Assembly (NCBI GenBank): GCA_944332695.1
Contig: CALVKL010000001.1
Location: 1-53,374 of the forward strand
Direction of reading: 5' to 3'
Length of the DNA: 53,374 nt
Source of the DNA: an uncultured Bacilli bacterium
Lineage (GTDB): Bacteria; Bacillota_I; Bacilli_A; RF39; UBA660
Each line of letters opens with the position of its first letter. The first letter of the stretch is position 1. The notes under the pieces are model-generated. The model saw nothing but the letters and a program-made list of their open reading frames with translations, did not search any database and had not been told where the DNA came from. Positions 18,409 through 27,919 of the stretch are shown one piece after another. The position numbers and the translations under genes were made by a program.

Positions 18409-19048
18409 AGATAATCATTTGTTAGTAGTTGTAAAAGAAATTAATATTCCGGTATGTGCAGATGATAGTCATGATTTAGATTTATTAAATATGTTAAAAC
18501 AATATTTGAAAGAAAAATACCATAAACCAGGTAATGTTTATCTTGGATTGGTTCATAGATTAGATCGCCCAGTAAGCGGGGTAATGGTTTTTGCTAAAAC
18601 AAGTAAAGCAGCATCTCGATTAAGTGAACAAATAAGAACTAATAAATTAGAAAAACAATATCATGCTGTTGTATTAGGTAAAGTAGATGATAATGGAAAA
18701 TATGAAGATAAATTATTAAAAGACAGTAAAGATAATACAACAAAAGTTGATAAAAATGGCAAATTATCTATCTTAGAATATCAATTAATAAAATATGATG
18801 AGAAAACAAATTATTCGTTAGTTAAAATAAATTTAAAAACAGGAAGATCACATCAAATAAGAGTTCAATTTGCTAGCCGAAAACATTATTTATATGGTGA
18901 TCAAAGATATAATCCTTTTGTTAAAGAAAAGCAACAAATTGCTTTATGCGCAACTAAACTATCTTTTTTTCACCCTATAAGTAAAGAAAAGGTAACTTTT
19001 GAAATACCTTTACCAAACATTTATCCATGGAATATTTTTAAGTCCTAG
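18392..19048 (+). CDS. RluA-family pseudouridine synthase
   Basis: HRLDRPVSGVMVFAKT (catalytic Asp) and GRSHQIRVQ. Overlaps the upstream gene by 17 nt. Confidence 0.85.
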   Translation: MKILYEDNHLLVVVKEINIPVCADDSHDLDLLNMLKQYLKEKYHKPGNVYLGLVHRLDRPVSGVMVFAKTSKAASRLSEQIRTNKLEKQYHAVVLGKVDDNGKYEDKLLKDSKDNTTKVDKNGKLSILEYQLIKYDEKTNYSLVKINLKTGRSHQIRVQFASRKHYLYGDQRYNPFVKEKQQIALCATKLSFFHPISKEKVTFEIPLPNIYPWNIFKS

Positions 19049-19228
19049 GTCTTTTGATAAGACCTTCATTAATGTAAAGTATTTAAAAACAATCTAAAAA
19101 ATATAACATAAAAAAAAAGAATGTGATATTATATTTATAGTATATAGACTATTAATTTTTATTATGAAGGTTGACAAAAATGAAAATTAATGATATATTG
19201 CATGGAACAAAGGGGATAGGAGATAAAT

Positions 19229-20365
19229 ATGGGAAACATTATTTTAACAGGAGATAGACCAACAGGAAGACTTCATTTAGGTCATTTAGTTGGTTCATTG
19301 GCGCAAAGAGTTCAAATGCAAAATTCTGGTTTGTATGATGAAATGTATATAGAGATAGCTGATTCACAAGCAACAACAGATAATTCGGGTAATATACAAA
19401 AAGTAAAAGATAATGTATTAGAAGTAGCGTTGGATTATTTAGCGTGTGGAATAGATCCAAAGAAATGTACAATTTTTTTACAATCTGAAATTCCTGAGTT
19501 AAGTGATTTGACATTTTATTATATGAATTTAGTAACTGTTGCAAGATTACAAAGGAATCCAACAGTAAAACAAGAAATAGAATATAGAGGATTTCAAAAT
19601 ACATTACCAGTTGGCTTTATGACATATCCAATTAGTCAAGCAGCAGATATTACTGCATTTAATGCCAATATAATTCCAGTAGGTGACGATCAATTACCAA
19701 TGATTGAACAAACTAGAGAAATTGTTAGAACGTTTAATAGATTATATGGCGAAACATTGGTTGAACCACAAGCCGTTTTACCACAAAATACTGCATGCCA
19801 TAGATTGCCAGGAACAGATGGTCAGGCAAAAATGAGTAAATCTATAGGAAATTGTATTTATTTAGCCGATAGTAAAGAAGAAGTAAAAAGAAAAGTAATG
19901 GGTATGTTTACAGATCCTAATCACTTAAGAGTTGAAGATCCGGGAGTTACAAAAGGAAATCCAGTATTTATTTATCTTTCAGCATTTTCTAAAGATAAAC
20001 ATTTTGAAGAATACTTTAAAAATGAAGAAACTGGCGAGCTTGAATATAAAAATTTAGATGAATTAAAAGCACATTATGAACGTGGCGGTTTAGGAGATAT
20101 GAAAGTAAAAAAATTTTTAAATTATGTTCTTGAAGATATTTTAGCCCCAATTAGAGCAAGAAGACATGAATTAGAAAAAAACATACCTGAAGTATATCAA
20201 ATACTATTTGCGGGTAGTGATAAAGCTAGAATTAAAGCTTCAGAAACTTTATCAAAAGTTAAGGCAGCGATTGGGCTAAATTATAGAACTGATTATGATT
20301 TAATAAATAAACAAGTTGAAAAATATGCTCAATTACATGCTTTAGAAGAATCAAAGAAAAACTAA
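19229..20365 (+). CDS. trpS: tryptophan--tRNA ligase (long, ~378 aa form)
   Basis: GDRPTGRLHLGHLVG (HIGH), GDDQLPMIE and KMSKS. Has its own promoter TTGACA...TATATT and terminators on both sides. Confidence 0.9.
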   Translation: MGNIILTGDRPTGRLHLGHLVGSLAQRVQMQNSGLYDEMYIEIADSQATTDNSGNIQKVKDNVLEVALDYLACGIDPKKCTIFLQSEIPELSDLTFYYMNLVTVARLQRNPTVKQEIEYRGFQNTLPVGFMTYPISQAADITAFNANIIPVGDDQLPMIEQTREIVRTFNRLYGETLVEPQAVLPQNTACHRLPGTDGQAKMSKSIGNCIYLADSKEEVKRKVMGMFTDPNHLRVEDPGVTKGNPVFIYLSAFSKDKHFEEYFKNEETGELEYKNLDELKAHYERGGLGDMKVKKFLNYVLEDILAPIRARRHELEKNIPEVYQILFAGSDKARIKASETLSKVKAAIGLNYRTDYDLINKQVEKYAQLHALEESKKN

Positions 20366-20414
20366 AAATAGATAAGTGTGTAAAGATTATAATAGTATAA
20401 AAATATCATTTTTA

Positions 20415-20435
20415 AGACCTAAGTAGGTCTTTTTA
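20415..20435 (+). terminator. rho-independent terminator
   Basis: AGACCT-aagt-AGGTCT followed by T5. Confidence 0.7.
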
Positions 20436-20484
20436 TTAAATCATAGCAGTTTTAATTAATTCATATTATTATAGTGGTGATAAT

Positions 20485-21138
20485 ATGAAAAACAAACTGT
20501 TTTTTTTAGTAATTTTTATAATTAGTTTGTATACTTTAGCAATAGTAAGAGCTAATAATTTACCTCTTTTAGGTAAAGTTATTTATTTAGATCCTGGTCA
20601 TGGGGGATTAGATCCTGGCGCTGTTTGGGATGATATTTATGAATCTGATATTAACTTAGAGATATGTTTAAAACTAGAAGAAGAGTTAGAAAAAAATGGC
20701 GCAATTGTTTATTTGACTAGATATGGTGATTATGATTTATCAGCTAATTATGCACAGTTACGAAAAAGAAGTGATTTATCCAGAAGAGCAAATATTATCA
20801 ATCGATCAAATGCCGATATTTATTTATCAATCCATTTAAATTCAGATATATCTACAACTTGGAAAGGAGCGCAAGTTTTTTATAATTCGATTAATGAAAA
20901 AAATGAAATAATAGCTAAAATTATGCAAGAACAATTAGGAAAAGATTTAAATTCAAAAAGAGAATACAAAAAATTAAATGATCATTATTTATACAATCGT
21001 GTTAAGATACCGGGTATTTTAATTGAAGTGGGATTTATTTCTAATTCTAATGAACGATATTTATTAAAACAAGAGAAATATCAAAAAAAAGTAGCTATAT
21101 CAATTAAAGAAGGACTTATTAAGTTTTTTAATGAATAA
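20485..21138 (+). CDS. cwlD: germination-specific N-acetylmuramoyl-L-alanine amidase CwlD
   Basis: Signal/TM segment plus LPLLGKVIYLDPGHGGLDPGAV, SIHLN and EVGFISN. Resembles B. subtilis CwlD and lies downstream of rplM-rpsI as in Bacillus. Confidence 0.8.
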   Translation: MKNKLFFLVIFIISLYTLAIVRANNLPLLGKVIYLDPGHGGLDPGAVWDDIYESDINLEICLKLEEELEKNGAIVYLTRYGDYDLSANYAQLRKRSDLSRRANIINRSNADIYLSIHLNSDISTTWKGAQVFYNSINEKNEIIAKIMQEQLGKDLNSKREYKKLNDHYLYNRVKIPGILIEVGFISNSNERYLLKQEKYQKKVAISIKEGLIKFFNE

Positions 21139-21200
21139 TATGTTGCGATTAGTTTCATTTTTATGAAAATATGGTATAATTAATTTGTTGAGGTGATTTT

Positions 21201-22886
21201 ATGCGCTTAAGTGACAGTTTTTTTTATACATTTCGAGAAGATGTTAAAGATGAAGAAACACTAAGTGGTAATTTATTAGTTAAAAGTAGCATGATTAAAA
21301 AAATCGGGAATGGTATTTATATGTACATGCCATTAGGTTTAAAAGTTTTAAAAAAAATTGAAAATATCATTAGAGAAGAGATGAATAATACTGGCGCTAA
21401 TGAATTGTTGATGCCTAATTTACTACCTGAAGATGTTTATATTAGTAGTGGAAGAAGAGATAATTTCGGTTCTTCTATGTTTAGCTTAAAAGATCGCTAT
21501 GATAGATCACTAGTTTTAGGACCTACTCATGAAGAATTTTTTGTAGAAGCTGCTAAAATGAAAGTAAAATCTTATAAAGATTTACCTTTTAATATTTATC
21601 AAATTGGTAATAAATATAGAGATGAACCTCGTCCTAGATTTGGTCTTATTAGAGTAAGAGAATTTTTTATGAAAGATGCTTATAGCTTTGATACTGATGC
21701 CAATAGTTTAGATAAATCTTATCGCAAAATGTTTGAGGCATATAAAAAAATATTTGATAGAATTGGAATCGATTATCGCATTGTTAAAGCTGATACAGGA
21801 GTTATGGGTGGATTATTAAGTGAAGAATTTCAAGCTGTAACAGATATTGGCGAAGATGTTTTGGTTTTATGTGATTGCAATTATGCGTCTAATATTGAAG
21901 TAAGTGAATGTGTTATTAATAAAGAAAAAGTAGAAAAACATAAAGAAAGAAAATTAGTTCATACACCAAATGCTAAAAGTATCGAAGAAATATCTAAATT
22001 TTTAAAAAAGGATAAAATAAAATTTGTTAAAACATTAATTTATAAAATTGATGAAGTTTTTTATGCCTGCTTAGTAAGTGGTGATAGAGAAATTAATGAA
22101 ACAAAATTAAGAAAATTAGTTAATGGAACAAAAATAGAATTAGCTAGTTTTGAAGAAGTAGAAAAAATTACAAATGCTAAAATCGGTTTTGCTGGCCCAA
22201 TTGATTTAGGTATTAAAATAATAATTGATAACGATATTTTATATAAATATAATTATATTGTTGGTGCAAATAAAACAGACTATCATTACATAAATGTTAA
22301 TACTTCCGATTTCATTTATGATTATGTGGGAGACATTAAAAATGTTAAAGAATTTGATATTTGTCCTAAATGTGGTAAAAAATTATATTTTAAAAATGGG
22401 ATTGAAATAGGTAATACCTTTAAATTAGGTACTAAATATTCAAAGGCTTTAGGATTAAATTATTTAGATGAAAAAAACACTTTAAAACCAGTAGCAATGG
22501 GATGTTATGGTATAGGTTTAGGCCGAATCATGGCTAGTGTTGTTGAACAAAACAATGATGATAATGGTATAATTTGGCCAATTAATATAGCTCCTTTTGA
22601 AGTTTGTATTGTTTTAATTGATAAAAATGATGATTTACAAAAATCTATAGCTAATGCTTTATATAATAACTTGATTAATAATAAGATAGACGTTATTTTA
22701 GATGATCGCGATTTAAGACCAGGAGTTAAATTTAACGACATGGATTTGATAGGAATTCCATATCGTATTACGATTGGTAAAAAAGTGAAAGACAATTTAG
22801 TAGAATTAAAAATAAGAAAAACTAGTCAGTGTTTTGATGTTCATGTTAATGATATTGTAACTAAAATAAATGAATTAATTAAATAA
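21201..22886 (+). CDS. proS: proline--tRNA ligase (bacterial type with INS editing domain)
   Basis: Class II motifs (FRDEPRPRFGLIRVREF, GCYGIGLGR). 561 aa. Confidence 0.95.
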   Translation: MRLSDSFFYTFREDVKDEETLSGNLLVKSSMIKKIGNGIYMYMPLGLKVLKKIENIIREEMNNTGANELLMPNLLPEDVYISSGRRDNFGSSMFSLKDRYDRSLVLGPTHEEFFVEAAKMKVKSYKDLPFNIYQIGNKYRDEPRPRFGLIRVREFFMKDAYSFDTDANSLDKSYRKMFEAYKKIFDRIGIDYRIVKADTGVMGGLLSEEFQAVTDIGEDVLVLCDCNYASNIEVSECVINKEKVEKHKERKLVHTPNAKSIEEISKFLKKDKIKFVKTLIYKIDEVFYACLVSGDREINETKLRKLVNGTKIELASFEEVEKITNAKIGFAGPIDLGIKIIIDNDILYKYNYIVGANKTDYHYINVNTSDFIYDYVGDIKNVKEFDICPKCGKKLYFKNGIEIGNTFKLGTKYSKALGLNYLDEKNTLKPVAMGCYGIGLGRIMASVVEQNNDDNGIIWPINIAPFEVCIVLIDKNDDLQKSIANALYNNLINNKIDVILDDRDLRPGVKFNDMDLIGIPYRITIGKKVKDNLVELKIRKTSQCFDVHVNDIVTKINELIK

Positions 22887-22938
22887 ATTCGACAAAATTT
22901 GACTGATTAATAGGGTATGATAATAATGGTGAATAAAT

Positions 22939-23379
22939 ATGAAAAAATATATATTAACTATCATTACCTCCTTATTAGTCGGTTTTTTATTATCTTTTTA
23001 TATGATAAAAGAATATGAAAATACAGATATCTTTCCCGTTTTTAATGAAAGTGTTACCGCTTATTTAATTCAACAAGGTGTCTATTCTAGTATGGAAAGT
23101 ATGCAAGAAAATACTAGTCATTTGTCAGATTATATATATAGTGTTATTGATAATATGTATTATGTATATATTGGCGTTTCTTTAGATGGTGAAAATGTTG
23201 CTAAAATTCAAAAATATTATAAGGATGAAGGAATTAATACAATTGTTAAAACAACAACATTAACCAATCAAGATTTTATACAATTATTAAGACAATATGA
23301 TATGGTATTAAAAAGTACAGTTGACGAATATACAATTAAAGAAATATGTAAACAAGTTTTAAGCAAATACCAAGAATAG
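22939..23379 (+). CDS. membrane-anchored protein with possible SPOR-like domain
   Basis: N-terminal TM helix, then a YLIQQGVYSS...YYVYIGVSLDGENVAKIQKYY pattern reminiscent of SPOR repeats. The domain assignment is inference only. Confidence 0.4.
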   Translation: MKKYILTIITSLLVGFLLSFYMIKEYENTDIFPVFNESVTAYLIQQGVYSSMESMQENTSHLSDYIYSVIDNMYYVYIGVSLDGENVAKIQKYYKDEGINTIVKTTTLTNQDFIQLLRQYDMVLKSTVDEYTIKEICKQVLSKYQE

Positions 23380-23387
23380 GAGGAATT

Positions 23388-24068
23388 ATGAATGTTTTAA
23401 TCAAAGATATGCCATTGAATGAAAGGCCCAGAGAAAGATTAATTAATCAAGGGGTTGAATATTTAAGTAATGAAGAATTATTAGCAATAATTTTAAAAAC
23501 AGGAACCAAAAATTATTCAGTTAAAGTTTTAGCTAGCAATATTTTAAAACAAATTGAAGATATCAATAATTTAAAAGAAATTAATTTAGAAAGTTTAATT
23601 AAAATTAAAGGTATTGGTAAAACTAAAGCTTGTGAATTATTAGCTAGTATTGAATTAGGGAAAAGAATTAATAATAAAATAAATAATATTAACCAAATTA
23701 AAATTTATTCTTCGCAAAGTATATTTGATTATTATAAAAATAAAATAGGTAATAAACAACAAGAATATTTTTATTGTGTTTATTTAGACACTAAAAATCA
23801 TATTATTAAAGATAAATTATTATTTGTGGGAACTATTAACGAAAGTTTAGTTCATCCAAGAGAAATATTTAAAGAAGCTTACTTATTAAGTGCTTCAAGC
23901 ATTATTTGTATTCACAATCATCCCACCGGTGATATTAATCCATCTAATAATGACATAATAATAACTAGACAGTTAAAAGAAGCAGGAATATTATTAGGAA
24001 TTAAAGTTTTAGATCATATAATTATAGGTAAAGATAACTATTTTAGTTTTAATGACAACAATTTTTGA
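23388..24068 (+). CDS. radC: RadC-family JAB-domain protein
   Basis: HhH region IKGIGKTKA and the JAMM motif HNHPTGDINPSNND. Confidence 0.9.
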   Translation: MNVLIKDMPLNERPRERLINQGVEYLSNEELLAIILKTGTKNYSVKVLASNILKQIEDINNLKEINLESLIKIKGIGKTKACELLASIELGKRINNKINNINQIKIYSSQSIFDYYKNKIGNKQQEYFYCVYLDTKNHIIKDKLLFVGTINESLVHPREIFKEAYLLSASSIICIHNHPTGDINPSNNDIIITRQLKEAGILLGIKVLDHIIIGKDNYFSFNDNNF

Positions 24069-24340
24069 TATCTAAAATTATTTGTAGTTAATGTGGTAAA
24101 GAAATTGATGGTAATTTAAAGGTATGTAGTAATTGCGGATTTTGTTTAAAAAAAGAAAAGAGAAAAAACTAAATAAAATTTTTTAGTTTTTTAGTAAGCG
24201 ATACTGATGAATAAAATTTTAATATATTCATTGTTTTTTGCCTATATCATTATCCAACATGAGTTTATTATATTTTTAATTTTAAAAGGTGATATTAGCA
24301 ATTTAAAATGGACAATTAATAACAAGTTTTTATCATAAAA
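24065..24340 (+). pseudogene. decayed zinc-ribbon membrane protein remnant
   Basis: ..IICS*CGKEIDGNLKVCSNCGFC.. has an in-frame TAA at 24089-24091 inside the first CxxC. A hydrophobic segment (MNKILIYSLFFAYIII, from 24207) lies in another frame. Confidence 0.35.
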
Positions 24341-24414
24341 AATGATATCATATATTTTATCATTAATGGTGGTATTGTTTTGAAGAAAAATAAAATATAT
24401 AATTAATTAAAATA

Positions 24415-24431
24415 TGTCAAATAATGTCAAA
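24415..24431 (+). promoter_or_regulatory. tandem heptad TGTCAAA-TAA-TGTCAAA (CtsR-operator-like) upstream of rpoZ promoter
   Basis: Matches RGTCAAA-NAN-RGTCAAA except for the first base of each heptad. Lies ~15 nt upstream of a TTGCTA-17-TATTAT promoter. Confidence 0.3.
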
Positions 24432-24496
24432 TTTTAGTATTTCAATTGCTAATAAACTAATTTTGCCTTATTATTAATATAGGGAAGGTGATTAAA

Positions 24497-24691
24497 ATGA
24501 TTTATCCATCTATTGATAAACTACTTAATCAAGTTGGTTCAAAATATTTATTGGTAAATATTGTTTCTAAAAGAGTTCATGAAATGGAAGAAACTAATTA
24601 TTATCAGTTAAAAGAGAATGAATATGTTTCTAAAAAACCAATTGGTCGAGCTCTAGAGGAAGTGGCTAATAATAAAATTAAATTAAAGTAG
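24497..24691 (+). CDS. rpoZ: DNA-directed RNA polymerase subunit omega
   Basis: MIYPSIDKLLNQVGSKYLLVNIVSKRVHEM is a canonical RpoZ N-terminus. ATG 24497 sits behind GGGAAGGTGA. Confidence 0.85.
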   Translation: MIYPSIDKLLNQVGSKYLLVNIVSKRVHEMEETNYYQLKENEYVSKKPIGRALEEVANNKIKLK

Positions 24692-24708
24692 TTGACATAT
24701 GTTGACAT
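24691..24708 (+). promoter_or_regulatory. tandem GTTGACAT repeats, 10-bp phased, inverted relative to the 24415 pair
   Basis: GTTGACATAT GTTGACAT lies directly after the rpoZ stop. Further TTGAC/GTCA half-sites occur at 24722-24745. Confidence 0.25.
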
Positions 24709-24782
24709 TATTACAAATAAAATGTCTTGACTTAATTGTTTGTCATATAATACAATGGAACTGTACAAGGATAAAAAGGTAC

Positions 24783-24816
24783 AAAAAAGAACTATTCCCC
24801 CCCTGAGGAATAGTTC
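24783..24816 (-). terminator. rho-independent terminator for sspI (minus strand)
   Basis: Perfect 10-bp stem GAACTATTCC/GGAATAGTTC with a C7-containing loop. The T6 tail is on the minus strand only. Confidence 0.65.
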
Positions 24817-24929
24817 GCATAAAAGAATAAAAAGGGGTTGGCTAGTGTGATACTAGCACCAATTCGCATACTTCCGAATTGGTACTATATATACTAATTG
24901 AAAAGATTGATTTTGTCAACCTTTTTTTG

Positions 24930-25136
24930 TTATTTTAATGAATTTTTTAAAGTATTGATAATATACTCTTTACTATTTTCGTCGCTATTTTCCCACAACA
25001 CTTCAAAAAAAACTCCTAATCCTGGTAAAGTAATTTCATCTTTTTTTTCAATTGAAGCTTCAATTGATGCCTTTATTTCACTCTTATTAGCATCTTTAAA
25101 ATTATTCAAAATATGTTGTCTAATATTAATATTCAT
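24930..25136 (-). CDS. sspI: small acid-soluble spore protein SspI
   Basis: MNINIRQHILNNF...LPGLGVFFEVLW matches my recollection of B. subtilis SspI (LPGLGVLFEVIW). Start is one of three clustered ATGs. Confidence 0.8.
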   Translation of the reverse strand: MNINIRQHILNNFKDANKSEIKASIEASIEKKDEITLPGLGVFFEVLWENSDENSKEYIINTLKNSLK

Positions 25137-25236
25137 AACCATCATTTCCTTTCGTTTTTATTTTGTCTAAAAAAAATAAAAATATGTATTTATTTTTATT
25201 TCAAGGTAGTGTATAATATAATTGGAGGTAAATAAT

Positions 25237-25800
25237 ATGCAAAGTTGGATGATTGTATTAATTATAATTGGTGTGATTGTATTATTAATATTATGGTTTG
25301 TTGTGGGAACTTATAATAGCTTAATTCACTTAAGAAACAAAGTAAAAGATCAATGGGCTCAAATTGATGTATTATTAAAAAGAAGAGTTGATTTAATTCC
25401 TAATTTAGTTGAAACAGTAAAAGGTTACGCTAGCCATGAAAGTAAAACCTTAGAAAATGTCGTTGCGGCTAGAAACAAATTTTTTGACGCTAAAACAATG
25501 GAAGAAGAAATTAAAGCTGATGGTGAATTAAGTAGAGCTTTAGGAAGACTTATGGCAGTTGCTGAAGCATATCCTGATTTAAAAGCAAATACTAATTTTA
25601 TGGATTTGCAAGCCAATTTAAAAGAATCAGAAGACAAAATTCAATATGCTCGCCAATTTTATAATGATGCTGTGCTTAATTATAAAAATAAATTAGAAGT
25701 TTTTCCTTCAAATATCATAGCTTCATTGTTTAATTTCAAACCAGAAGCTTTCTATGAAATAGATGAAGCTTCTAAAGAGGTACCTAAAGTACAATTTTAA
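25237..25800 (+). CDS. lemA: LemA family protein
   Basis: TM helix plus YNSLIHLRNKVKDQWAQIDVLLKRRVDLIPNLV and EAYPDLKAN. GGAGG SD. Confidence 0.9.
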   Translation: MQSWMIVLIIIGVIVLLILWFVVGTYNSLIHLRNKVKDQWAQIDVLLKRRVDLIPNLVETVKGYASHESKTLENVVAARNKFFDAKTMEEEIKADGELSRALGRLMAVAEAYPDLKANTNFMDLQANLKESEDKIQYARQFYNDAVLNYKNKLEVFPSNIIASLFNFKPEAFYEIDEASKEVPKVQF

Positions 25801-25834
25801 GCTTACATTAGTAAGCTTTTTTTGGAGGTAATCA

Positions 25835-27652
25835 ATGAAAAAAATGATTTATTTTTTAATTTGTTTTTTTATTTTTATGCCAATCGGTTTGGCGGAATAT
25901 AAAGTAGCTAATTATCGAGTTGATTTAACCGTTTTACAAAATGGTGATGTAAAGATTATTGAAGCATTTCAAATGACTGGTGTTTACAATGGTTATCAGA
26001 AAACTATTAATTATAAAAATAATTATATTGGCTATAAAGGTGATATGCTAGCTAGTAGTAATAAAGAATTATATAATGGAGCAGATTTAAAATTAAACGA
26101 AGTTTTAGCAATCAATTATTCTAGTGAAACGGAAATTAAAGATTTACAAGAAGAAGGAGATTTATTTAAATTGGTTGACGAAGCTGATAAAGGCGATCAT
26201 AGCATTTATACTGTCGAACATACTGAAAATGGTCAAATATATAAAATATATAATCCCAGTCGAATGAATAAAGACTTTTATCTGGATTACACTTTAGAAG
26301 ATATGGTTGTTAAACATCAAGATGTAGCGGAATTAGCCATGTATTTATTTACCGATATTAAAGAACCGATATCTAATTTAGAAATAACCATTCATATTCC
26401 TAAAAATAAGGAAAATTTAAAAATATGGACTCATGGTGTTGAAGCAAAAATAAAATATATTGATCAAGAAACTTTGCAAATTAATATAAAAAAAATAGAT
26501 AAAACTTTTGATTTTCGATTAATTTTTGACAATAATATTGTTTCGACAAATAAAAAAAATAATGAAAAAATTTTAGAAAAAATAAACGAATTAGAAGCCA
26601 ATTTGGATTTAGAAGCAATTGATCCCAAAGATGAAAAGTATAATCAATTAAGGGAAGAAGCTTATAATATTGTTGATAAAGTTGAAAACAACTATAATCG
26701 AAATGATTATAATATTGCTTTTGAAAAAGTTTCAAATTTAAAAGAAACTGATAGATTAAAAACAGAATTGATGGTAAAATTAATGAATATTGAACCTAAA
26801 ATAGAAAGAAAAGAAGAAATAACCAAAGTTATTTTAACTAGTATTATAACTATTTGGATAATAGGTTTAATTATTATTTTATATCAACTATATAAAAAGT
26901 ATAATTATAATTTAGTTGATAGTAATTTAGATAAGAAGAATCCTTTTAAAATTGGCTATTTATTAAGAAAAAGAATTACTAATAATGATTTAGTTTCTTC
27001 ACTATTATATTTAATTGAAAAAGATATTATTACTTTTGATACTAATAAACAACTTTTAAAGAAAAATAAAAAAAATAACTTGTCAGCAAGCGAAGAAAAA
27101 CTAATAAAAATGTTATTTGACGAGCAAAACAAGATAACTTTAAAAGAAATTTTATATAAAGCTCAAGAGGAATTTGACAAATTTTTGAAAAACTATTCTA
27201 ATTGGCTTAATTTTGCTACTTTAGAAGCGGAAAATGAAGAATATTATGAAGATGTTTTATTATTTAAATTAATTGGAAGTATTTATTGTATTGGCGGAAT
27301 AATTTTAGGCTGTTTTTTGATAAATAACGATACATATTACTCTTCTTTAATAATTATTGTTATGGCTATTATATTCTTAATTTATTTTATACTGTTAAGA
27401 AAAAGAACCGCCAAAGGAATAAGCGAGTATTATTTATGGACCGATTTAAAAGATGATGATATTGATGAAAATTGGTATTTAGTTTATGCCAATAGTTTAG
27501 GCTTTTTTAAGAAAAAATTTAAAAAGATAGATAGTCAAAAAAAATATTATGCTGACATGATAAAAGCGAATATTCTTTTAAGTATAAAAAAATCTTATGA
27601 GGCAAGAAAAAACGCTTATCATAAATATTCAAAAGTTAAATTAAAAAGATGA
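25835..27652 (+). CDS. DUF2207-like membrane protein (LemA partner)
   Basis: Signal peptide, a large extracellular N-domain and several C-terminal TM helices, in the usual position downstream of lemA. Confidence 0.7.
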   Translation: MKKMIYFLICFFIFMPIGLAEYKVANYRVDLTVLQNGDVKIIEAFQMTGVYNGYQKTINYKNNYIGYKGDMLASSNKELYNGADLKLNEVLAINYSSETEIKDLQEEGDLFKLVDEADKGDHSIYTVEHTENGQIYKIYNPSRMNKDFYLDYTLEDMVVKHQDVAELAMYLFTDIKEPISNLEITIHIPKNKENLKIWTHGVEAKIKYIDQETLQINIKKIDKTFDFRLIFDNNIVSTNKKNNEKILEKINELEANLDLEAIDPKDEKYNQLREEAYNIVDKVENNYNRNDYNIAFEKVSNLKETDRLKTELMVKLMNIEPKIERKEEITKVILTSIITIWIIGLIIILYQLYKKYNYNLVDSNLDKKNPFKIGYLLRKRITNNDLVSSLLYLIEKDIITFDTNKQLLKKNKKNNLSASEEKLIKMLFDEQNKITLKEILYKAQEEFDKFLKNYSNWLNFATLEAENEEYYEDVLLFKLIGSIYCIGGIILGCFLINNDTYYSSLIIIVMAIIFLIYFILLRKRTAKGISEYYLWTDLKDDDIDENWYLVYANSLGFFKKKFKKIDSQKKYYADMIKANILLSIKKSYEARKNAYHKYSKVKLKR

Positions 27653-27670
27653 ACAATCATCTTTTTAATA

Positions 27671-27919
27671 TTACATCATTTGATAATTTGATGTGTTGTA
27701 AGAATTATTAGAATTAATAATTCCTTCAAGGGTATTTACTCTTTTTTCTAAATTAGATATTCTAGTCATAATATCAGATTGATTATCAGTTTGATAATTC
27801 ATATTTTGATAGTTCATATTTTGGTAAGGCGTATTAGGTATTGGCATTAATGGCATAACAGGAAATTGTCCCATATTATAGATTGGCATATTACCCCCAC
27901 AATTGCGATCTTTTTTCAT
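27671..27919 (-). CDS. small Q/N/M/Y-rich protein with short coiled coil (possible spore-associated protein)
   Basis: AGGAGG SD. Low-complexity NMNYQNMNYQ repeat plus ISNLEKRVNTLEGII. A CATATAAT-type -10 lies upstream on the minus strand. Confidence 0.5.
   Translation of the reverse strand: MKKDRNCGGNMPIYNMGQFPVMPLMPIPNTPYQNMNYQNMNYQTDNQSDIMTRISNLEKRVNTLEGIINSNNSYNTSNYQMM

Noticed and set aside
24898-25170. 90-aa + strand ORF in the ORF track
   Set aside because: It is the antisense shadow of sspI (24930-25136, minus strand), which has a convincing family match. The + ORF has no SD, and its sequence is low-complexity and hydrophobic.
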